Positions 52,884 through 59,497 of a stretch of 59,497 nt of DNA are shown piece by piece. The stretch's first letter is position 1. Every line of letters begins with the position of its first letter. The notes under the pieces were generated by a model. It worked only from the letters and a program-made list of their open reading frames with translations, was not told where the DNA came from and searched no databases. Position numbers and translations under genes: made by a program. The stretch comes from Acidobacteriota bacterium (GTDB lineage Bacteria > Acidobacteriota > UBA6911 > JACQSX01): contig DASXQR010000225.1 in the NCBI GenBank assembly GCA_036507075.1, forward strand, positions 1 through 59,497. Direction: 5' to 3'.

Positions 52884-54712
52884 GGAAAATTAATGCGGAA
52901 TGCGGAATGCGGAATGCGGAATATATACAACTTAAGTTTCTTAAGCCGAGATCAAGATCAATTTCTATTCCGCATTCCGCATTCCGCATTCCGCATTCGA
53001 GAACGGCCTTCGGTCTGGCTCTGTCTTTATGGTTCCTGCCATTGATCAGCACTCCTGCGCCCACAACGTCTCACACGCCGTTCTTCCGGGATGCCACCAT
53101 CGAGACCGGGTTGAAGTTTCATCACTTCACAGGAGCCGCCGGCGAGTTTTACCTGCCTGAAATCATGGGAGGCGGCGCGGCACTGCTGGATTACGACAAC
53201 GACGGCGACCTGGATGTTTACTTTGTTCAGGGCGCCATGCTCGACCGGTCCGTAGCGCCGCTGAAGGCTATTTTCCCTCCCGCGGCCGGCCAGCCGCCCG
53301 GAGGGCGTCTTTTTCGCAACGAACTGATCCCTTCCGGGAAACTGAAGTTTTCAGACGTCACTTCCAGTGCGGGCATCAAGGCGCAGTTTTACGGGATGGG
53401 CGCAGCCGTGGGAGATTACGACAACGACGGTAATCCCGATCTCTATCTGACCGGTTTTGGACCGAATCTGCTCTACCGGAATAATGGAAATGGAACATTT
53501 TCCGATGTGACCGCGGCGGCGGGAGTGGGCGACCCGCGATGGAGCACAAGCGCCGCTTTTCTCGATTTTGACGGCGACGGCGATCTCGATCTGTACGTGG
53601 CCAACTATGTCGACTTCACCGTCAAGGGAAACAAGAAATGCAGCACGCCTGGAGGCGTTCCGGACTATTGCACACCGGCGGCCTACAATGCGGTTCCGGA
53701 TCGGCTTTACCGAAATGACGGGCACGGGCGATTCACCGATGTGAGCGCATCTTCAGGAATCGGAAAGACAGCCGGGCCGGGTTTGGGAGTAGCCGCCGCT
53801 GACTTCAATGGCGATCATCGCGCCGATATTTTCGTCGCCAATGACGGCGCCGCCAACCTTCTCTGGATCAACCGAGGGGATGGAACCTTCGAAGAGAGTG
53901 CTCTGATCTCAGGCGTGGCTTACGCAGAAGATGGCGTCACGCGCGCGGGAATGGGTGTGGCTTGCGGCGACTTCGACAACGACGGAGATGAAGATATTCT
54001 GGTCTCCAACCTGCGAAGGGAAGGCTGCAGCCTGTTTGTGAACAGCGGCTCCGGGGTGTTCTCAGATGAGACCGCCCGGCGCGGCCTGCTCCAGCCTACT
54101 TTTCTTTTCACGGGCTTCGGCGCGGGCTGGATTGATTCGGACAACGACGGCAACCTCGATTTGTTCATTGCCAACGGCGCGGTAACGTTCCTGGAAGCGC
54201 TCTCGGGTAATCGCTATCCATTCCATCAAAAGAACCTGCTGCTGCAACAGCGGGCCGGCGGCCGGTTCCTGGATGTGTCGCAGCAGTCGGGCCCCGCGCT
54301 GCAGCTTTCCGACGTCAGTCGCGGAGCGGCATTCGGCGATATCGACAATGACGGAGACATCGATATCGTGATCGCAAATAACAACGGCCCGGCCCGCCTG
54401 CTGCTCAACGAATCCACGCCCCGCATGCACTGGGTCAGACTGAGGCTGGAAGGCGTCAGGTGCAATCGAAGCGCGATTGGGGCCCACGTTTATGTGATGC
54501 GCAAAGGCCAGCCGCCCCTTCACAGGCGCGTGCATTCAGATGGAAGTTACTGCAGCGCTTCGGACCTGCGGGTGCATGTCGGTCTGGGCGCCCGCTCGGA
54601 AATCGATGCCGTCCGGGTGCAGTGGCCCGACGGCAGCAGCGAAATATGGAACGATATCCGCTCCGACTCCGAAGTCAGGCTGCGGCAATTCTCGGGGAAG
54701 CCGGTAAAGTAA
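52880..54712 (+). CDS. CRTAC1-family (FG-GAP + ASPIC/UnbV) protein
   Basis: DYDNDGDLD repeats, [41 protein letters not shown] overlap with the TPR stop. Confidence 0.92.
   Translation: MRKINAECGMRNAEYIQLKFLKPRSRSISIPHSAFRIPHSRTAFGLALSLWFLPLISTPAPTTSHTPFFRDATIETGLKFHHFTGAAGEFYLPEIMGGGAALLDYDNDGDLDVYFVQGAMLDRSVAPLKAIFPPAAGQPPGGRLFRNELIPSGKLKFSDVTSSAGIKAQFYGMGAAVGDYDNDGNPDLYLTGFGPNLLYRNNGNGTFSDVTAAAGVGDPRWSTSAAFLDFDGDGDLDLYVANYVDFTVKGNKKCSTPGGVPDYCTPAAYNAVPDRLYRNDGHGRFTDVSASSGIGKTAGPGLGVAAADFNGDHRADIFVANDGAANLLWINRGDGTFEESALISGVAYAEDGVTRAGMGVACGDFDNDGDEDILVSNLRREGCSLFVNSGSGVFSDETARRGLLQPTFLFTGFGAGWIDSDNDGNLDLFIANGAVTFLEALSGNRYPFHQKNLLLQQRAGGRFLDVSQQSGPALQLSDVSRGAAFGDIDNDGDIDIVIANNNGPARLLLNESTPRMHWVRLRLEGVRCNRSAIGAHVYVMRKGQPPLHRRVHSDGSYCSASDLRVHVGLGARSEIDAVRVQWPDGSSEIWNDIRSDSEVRLRQFSGKPVK
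52893..52998. repeat. Inverted heptamer cassette (GCGGAAT)n...(ATTCCGC)n inside the CRTAC1 N-terminus
   Basis: About 4 units per arm, reading frame preserved. Confidence 0.85.
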
Positions 54713-54722
54713 GAAAAGCGCA

Positions 54723-54888
54723 TTCACCACAAAGACACAAAGAACACAAAGCGGCGTTTTGTGTTCTTTGTGCTACAAGTTGGCAACTTCTTGTTTTTTT
54801 AGCAAGATTCTCTAACTAATGACCAATGACTGATGACCGGTGACGGGTTTGGTTGCGGGTCTGCCGCGCTGCGTCTTTGTGGTGAATT
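54723..54888. repeat. Composite repeat cassette (9-mer arms, AATGACC heptamers, GGTTGCGG..TGCCGCGCT motif)
   Basis: TTCACCACAAAGAC...GTCTTTGTGGTGAA. Confidence 0.7.
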
Positions 54889-54889
54889 C

Positions 54890-56014
54890 CTACTTACGGC
54901 CGTTTGAAAGAGAGCGGAATAATTCTTCGTAGCGGTCCGTGACAAGCTCCCAGGAGTAATCGGTTTCGATCCGTTGCTGGGCAGCGGCGCGCAGGTTGTC
55001 AAACTGTGACGGGTTCTGAAACACGTCTCTCATCTTCTGGGCAAGATCCGTAATGCTGTTGTAACGGTAGTAGATTCCGGCTTTGCCCAGGACTTCGCGA
55101 TGCTCGGGCAAGTCATTGGCGACGACAAGGCTGCCGGCTCCCATCGCCTGCAGCAGGGCCGGATGCGTGCCGCCCACTTCGGTTGCCTGGATGTAAGCCA
55201 GGGAGTTGCCCATCAATTCTTCAATCGCCCGACCATAGACGGTGCCCGCCAGAATGATCTTGGCGTCGCTGAGAACCTCCCAGTTTGAAGTCTGTTCCCG
55301 GATGTGTCCCACATATCGGGTTGTCTCGGCGATGTCGCCGACAATCACCATGGGGCTGGGAATGTGCGCCTTCTTGTAGGCGGATATTACGGTATGGGCA
55401 TGGTTCTCGGGATCCAGACGGCTCACGAAAAGAAGATATTCGCGGGCATGCAGGCCGTATTTCATCAGGGTCCCACCCGGGGGGATCGAGACTTTTGGTG
55501 CGCCATAAGGAATCACCACGCTTTTGACTCCGTAGCGCTCCTCGAAATATTCACACACGCCGCGCGCATCAGTGATAATCCGGTCAGGAACCTTGGCAGC
55601 CAGCCTTTCTGAAATATCCCACACCAACTGGCCAAAAGTGCTCCAGTTGTGCCGCTGGCCCGCCATGCCGTCGACATTGATGACCACGCGCTGCGCCAGA
55701 AGGCGGGGCAGGCAGGTGAAAATCGCATTCAAGGCATTGCACACCAGAATGGCATCGTAACGGCGAAAGAGGGCGTGCAGCGTCGCAAAACCGGTATGGC
55801 TCAACAGCTCGAGGTTCTCGTTGCCGATGCCGGGCAAAACGACCCGGCGCACACCGCGATGCGAGCCATTTCCTTCCGAAGCAAGACTCTTGAGGCAGTA
55901 GACGGTGACTTTATGGCCGCGCTGGACCAGGCGCACGGAGAGTTCTTCGGCGAAGGTCTCAAAACCGCCGTATTTGGCGGGAATTCCCCGAGTTCCCATT
56001 ACCGCTATTTTCAT
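54890..56014 (-). CDS. GT4-type glycosyltransferase (DUF1972-like N-terminus)
   Basis: GTRGIPAKYGGFETF, INVDG, SRLDPEN, EVGGTHPALL. Confidence 0.9.
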   Translation of the reverse strand: MKIAVMGTRGIPAKYGGFETFAEELSVRLVQRGHKVTVYCLKSLASEGNGSHRGVRRVVLPGIGNENLELLSHTGFATLHALFRRYDAILVCNALNAIFTCLPRLLAQRVVINVDGMAGQRHNWSTFGQLVWDISERLAAKVPDRIITDARGVCEYFEERYGVKSVVIPYGAPKVSIPPGGTLMKYGLHAREYLLFVSRLDPENHAHTVISAYKKAHIPSPMVIVGDIAETTRYVGHIREQTSNWEVLSDAKIILAGTVYGRAIEELMGNSLAYIQATEVGGTHPALLQAMGAGSLVVANDLPEHREVLGKAGIYYRYNSITDLAQKMRDVFQNPSQFDNLRAAAQQRIETDYSWELVTDRYEELFRSLSNGRK

Positions 56015-56143
56015 AGCTGCTCGTACTGAATGCGCAAAAATCGCTACGCACGTGCTCGGGTAAGCCGGGTGCTTGATCTTGCGAGACCTCCAAAATGCCA
56101 TAATTCGACGGGGAGCGTTGGTGTTTTTCGTCACAAAAAGCTA

Positions 56144-56284
56144 GAACCGCGAAAGCGCGAAGGCGCCAAAGTCACAATGTCTCGATGTCTCGCTAACGGG
56201 AGTGAACCATAGGCCTTAGGGGTTGTCCCATTTGGTTGGCCAAGTGATTTGATTGATTTCGCGCCTTCGCGCCTTCGCGGTTCA
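56144..56284. repeat. Inverted repeat cassette (AACCGCGAAAGCGCGAAGGCG...CGCCTTCGCGCCTTCGCGGTT)
   Basis: Arms are reverse-complementary; related arm at 50935-50957. Confidence 0.75.
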
Positions 56285-56290
56285 ATTTTC

Positions 56291-57004
56291 TCACACGTCG
56301 AACACGCGCTTGATCCAGCGCTCCACCACCGGGCCGGCTTTCGAGGGGAACCGATGACCTCCGTCCATCATGGCAAATTCGACGTCGGCGGCTCGCAGCC
56401 TGAGACGATCAGCGTATTTCTCCGTGATCTCGGGCGGATAAAATTCGTCCTCGCGGCGCGCGATGTGCAGCAGCGACGCGGAGATTTTTTGGTACCGGCC
56501 TTCCTCCCAGTCACCCGGCAGTCCTCCGCAAATTCCAATCACTCCCCGCACCGACGCCGGATGGGTGGCGGCAAACCGGTAGTTCAATCCCGCGGGCTGC
56601 GAAAAACCGACCAGCATCCGGCGCTCCGAAGGAATTCCATATTCGCGCCCGGCCTCTTCCAGAACGTGCTGTACCATGTCATGGTGCAGCCGTATCGAGC
56701 TGGCCGGATACTTGTGGGTGATCCAGCAATAACCTACGTCTTTAGTGCCGGGCGAGAGGAAGAACTCGCTGGGCGCCTGAATCGATGCGATGGCATGCTT
56801 CCACTCAAGCATGGTTCCTGTGAGCTGAAGCATCACCTCCGGATTTGAACCAAAGCCGTGAAGGGTCGCTGCCAGCAAGGTGCGCTCGTCGACACGCTGG
56901 GGCAGATGCAGCAGATAGCGGCAGTCCAGGGTTGCCTTGAAAGTTTGCTCGACGATATCGGGTTCGGGTTCCACCGATTCGGGTCTGTCTCTTGGATTTT
57001 TCAT
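56291..57004 (-). CDS. Alpha/beta hydrolase (phospholipase/carboxylesterase)
   Basis: LHGFG, GFSQ nucleophile elbow, DEFYP, GGHRF. Confidence 0.82.
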   Translation of the reverse strand: MKNPRDRPESVEPEPDIVEQTFKATLDCRYLLHLPQRVDERTLLAATLHGFGSNPEVMLQLTGTMLEWKHAIASIQAPSEFFLSPGTKDVGYCWITHKYPASSIRLHHDMVQHVLEEAGREYGIPSERRMLVGFSQPAGLNYRFAATHPASVRGVIGICGGLPGDWEEGRYQKISASLLHIARREDEFYPPEITEKYADRLRLRAADVEFAMMDGGHRFPSKAGPVVERWIKRVFDV

Positions 57005-57045
57005 GGACGCCTGTTTGCCCAAATAAGCGGGAGACGGTCACATTA

Positions 57046-57140
57046 TTTTCACCGCAGAGGCGCAAAGCACGCCGAGTTTCCGCAGAGCTCCCATTGTACC
57101 TCTGCGAAGCTTGGCGTTCTTTGCGTCTCTGCGGTGAAAA
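57046..57140. repeat. Inverted 9-bp-period cassette
   Basis: TTTTCACCGCAGAGGCGCAAAG...CTTTGCGTCTCTGCGGTGAAAA. Confidence 0.8.
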
Positions 57141-57153
57141 TGACGTGGCCATC

Positions 57154-58452
57154 TCAGCTCTCAATTTCCTGCCGGAAAGTCTCCGACGCCAGATACGTTG
57201 ACACTACCGTAATCAATCCCATCGCAGCCATGTACACGGCGACGGCATTCGGTCCCCATGTTCCCAGCAGGGCCGTGGCGATCAGTGGCGCAAATCCGCC
57301 CGCAAATACCGAGCTCAATTGATAACTCAATGAGGCGCCGCTGTAGCGCACCCGCGTCCCGAACAACTCGGAGAGATATGCCGCCTGCGGACCGTACATC
57401 GCGTCCTGGATGACGTTCAGTCCCAGCACGATCGCCAGCCAGATGAGCGCCTCGGACCGGGTATTGAGCAGCCAGAAAAAAGGAAAGGCGTACAGAACCG
57501 TCCCGACGGCGCCGGCCAGATATACCGGACGCCGGCCGACGCGGTCAGAGAGCGCGCCGTAGAAAGGAATACTGAACAGCCCTACTGTCGCGGCGATCAA
57601 CACCCCCATCAGCATGGTGTTTTTCGGAAGCTTCAGATATTTTTCGCCATAGCTCAAAACAAACACCGTGTAGATGTAAAAGGTGGCGTTCTGTGAAAAT
57701 CTCATTCCTATTCCGAGGACCAGATTCTTTGGATGGGTGCGGATTACTTCCAGCACCGGCTGCCGTGTTTCCGCGCTCTGCTGCTTCAATCGTGTGAAGG
57801 CCGGTGTTTCCAGCAGGTTCAGGCGGACAAACAGTCCCACACCGATCAATACAATGCTCAGCAGAAAGGGAATGCGCCATCCCCACTGCAGGAACTGGCT
57901 CTCGGTCAGCCTGGAGGAGATTACCGTATAAACCAGGGTGGAAAGCAACAGTCCGGCCGGCACCCCCATCTGCGGCCAGCTTCCATAGAAGCCTCGCCGG
58001 CCCGACCTGGAGTGCTCAACCGCCATCAGGACCGCGCCGCCCCATTCGCCTCCGACTCCGATCCCTTGCGCGAATCGCAGCAACACGAGCAGGCCGGGAG
58101 CGAGAATTCCAAGGCGGTGATAAGTGGGAAGAATGCCGATAATAAAAGTGGCAATCCCCATGATCAGCAGGGACTGCACGAGCATCGATTTTCTTCCCAC
58201 CCGATCGCCATAATGCCCGAATATCACGCCTCCTATGGGCCGGGCCACAAACCCCACCGCGAATGTACCAAACGCGGACAGCGTACCGGCCAGCGGGCTG
58301 ATATTAGGAAAGAACAGCTTGTTGAAAACAAGCGCAGCCGCCGTCCCGTAGAGAAAGAAGTCATACCACTCGACGGTCGTGCCGATAAAGCTGGCTAGAA
58401 TTACCTGGCGAAGTGAGCCGGAGGGTGTGGGAGGGACAGTGTCATCAGTCAT
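57154..58452 (-). CDS. MFS transporter, MHS (ShiA-like) family
   Basis: GTTVEWYDFFLY, GDRVGRK, QGIGVGGEWGGA, WGWRIPFL. Confidence 0.94.
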   Translation of the reverse strand: MTDDTVPPTPSGSLRQVILASFIGTTVEWYDFFLYGTAAALVFNKLFFPNISPLAGTLSAFGTFAVGFVARPIGGVIFGHYGDRVGRKSMLVQSLLIMGIATFIIGILPTYHRLGILAPGLLVLLRFAQGIGVGGEWGGAVLMAVEHSRSGRRGFYGSWPQMGVPAGLLLSTLVYTVISSRLTESQFLQWGWRIPFLLSIVLIGVGLFVRLNLLETPAFTRLKQQSAETRQPVLEVIRTHPKNLVLGIGMRFSQNATFYIYTVFVLSYGEKYLKLPKNTMLMGVLIAATVGLFSIPFYGALSDRVGRRPVYLAGAVGTVLYAFPFFWLLNTRSEALIWLAIVLGLNVIQDAMYGPQAAYLSELFGTRVRYSGASLSYQLSSVFAGGFAPLIATALLGTWGPNAVAVYMAAMGLITVVSTYLASETFRQEIES

Positions 58453-58620
58453 CAGTCATCAGTCATCGGTCATTGGTCATTGGTCATTGGTCATTGGTCA
58501 TTGGTCATTGGTCATTGGTCATTGGTCATTGGTCATTGGTCATTGGTCATTGGTGTCATTGGTCATTGGTCATTGGTCAGCGGTCATTGGTCAGCGGTCA
58601 GCGGTCATTGGTCAGCGGTC
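58441..58620 (+). repeat. Heptamer array (GGTCATT)n, about 25 units, 12 perfect copies at 58468-58551
   Basis: Read directly; variants GTCATCA and GGTCAGC at the edges. Confidence 0.95.
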
Positions 58621-58747
58621 CTCAGGTTATTGGTTTTTGGTCCTGTTTGCATTTTTTTTCGTGATTTCTTCAGCTGGTCAGTTCAGTAAAGTGGAGGCGC
58701 GGCAAAAAACAGGGGAGATAGTGAAGCGTGATCCGCAATCGGAGCAT

Positions 58748-59125
58748 ATGGCGAAAATACTCAGTTTCATGGACCTTGAAGTTTGGCAAGTAGGACGTCG
58801 GATTCGCCGCAGAATCTACGAAATTACGTTAACTTTTCCTTCCTCGGAAAGATATAACCTCGCCGGGCAAATGAGGAGTGCGGCAGTTTCAATGACTTCG
58901 AATATTGCGGAGGGCTTCGGTCGGTTTTTTTATAAAGAGAACAAGAGATCGTGTCTGGTCAGTCGCGGTGAAGCCTACGAGCTGCAAGACCACATTCTAA
59001 CTTCACTGGATGAGCGATACATTAGCCAAGAATGCTACACGGAAATAGACGAGGAACTGCGCCTCTTCTTACGACTGCTCAACGGATACATAAGATCGAT
59101 TGGAAAAGAGGGCCGGGAACGGTAG
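58748..59125 (+). CDS. Four-helix-bundle protein (23S rRNA IVS-protein / Avd-like family)
   Basis: SF.DLEVWQ, FP..ERYNL..QMR.AAVS..SNIAEG, SRG...EL, LLNGYIRS; GGAG RBS. Confidence 0.9.
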   Translation: MAKILSFMDLEVWQVGRRIRRRIYEITLTFPSSERYNLAGQMRSAAVSMTSNIAEGFGRFFYKENKRSCLVSRGEAYELQDHILTSLDERYISQECYTEIDEELRLFLRLLNGYIRSIGKEGRER

Positions 59126-59366
59126 TCAGTCATTGGTCATTGGTCATTGGTCATTGGTCATCGGTCATTATCGGTCATCGGTCATTGGTGATTGGTGATT
59201 GATGATTGGTCATCCGACATTGGTCGTGGCTTTACGTCAATTGACCGATGTTAGATGATCAAAGGATCGATGGTTGTTGGACAGTTAAGCCATAATGTGC
59301 CCATCGTCCGATTTCCACTGCCAGATGACCGATGGCCAATAATGACCGATAGCCAACAATGACTAA
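59126..59366. repeat. Second GGTCATT array (59126-59225) and a degenerate inverted arm (59324-59366)
   Basis: Direct-orientation heptamers after the stop codon; GATGACC/AATGACC units just before the IS end. Confidence 0.85.
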
Positions 59367-59497
59367 TAGGGGTATTTACTTGACTCCACCACGTACTACA
59401 GGTTGTGGTTTGATCAGAGTTGAAAATGGAGCTGGCTCGACCTGCACGGCCTGCTGGACGAGACGGTAGAAAAGTTTCCCGCGCGACGCGGATTTGC
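59367..59497 (-). mobile_element. IS1595-family element 3' end, second copy, inverted, cut by the window edge
   Basis: Exact reverse complement of 8-138. Confidence 0.8.

Noticed and set aside
58441..59225. Heptamer arrays as CRISPR or telomere-like repeats; 248-aa ORF 58379-59125
   Set aside because: No spacers or cas genes; the SLVIGHW N-terminus is translated repeat, and the likely start is 58748 with an RBS

Overview
GC-rich bacterial DNA, probably a whole contig from an Acidobacteriota-like organism (inferred from gene content such as the Oar-type TonB receptor, TPR + CRTAC1/ASPIC-UnbV pair and cytochrome c-PQQ fusion). Both ends are the same 131-bp 3' end of an IS1595-family element in inverted orientation. 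From left to right: a membrane dipeptidase; a compact nitrogen-assimilation cluster (GAF/sigma-54 NifA-like activator, glnK-amtB-porin, glnD-glnB-glnA-glnE) with a sigma-54 promoter and candidate paired activator sites; a ~7.8-kb accessory block (frameshifted RHS toxin with an HExxH tip, candidate immunity gene, RAYT-type HUH transposase); a hom-thrC-thrB-thrC-like-lysC operon headed by an unannotated Thr/Met-rich leader-peptide attenuator; LysR, gap, DeoR, pfk, oxidoreductase, ABC exporter; desaturase plus two-component system; cytochrome c-PQQ dehydrogenase; TonB receptor; TPR-CRTAC1; glycosyltransferase, esterase, MFS; and a four-helix-bundle gene embedded in heptamer arrays. Most intergenic gaps hold inverted cassettes of 6-9-bp tandem repeats or REP/MITE-like palindromes. 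Best leads: the Thr/Met attenuator with a possible methionine-branch ThrC paralogue, a hidden 33-aa membrane peptide gene in the nitrogen cluster, the NifA-like (non-NtrBC) ammonium regulon, and the short-repeat cassette family with one gene-carrying member. No rRNA, tRNA or CRISPR array was seen. All calls were made by eye, without database searches.
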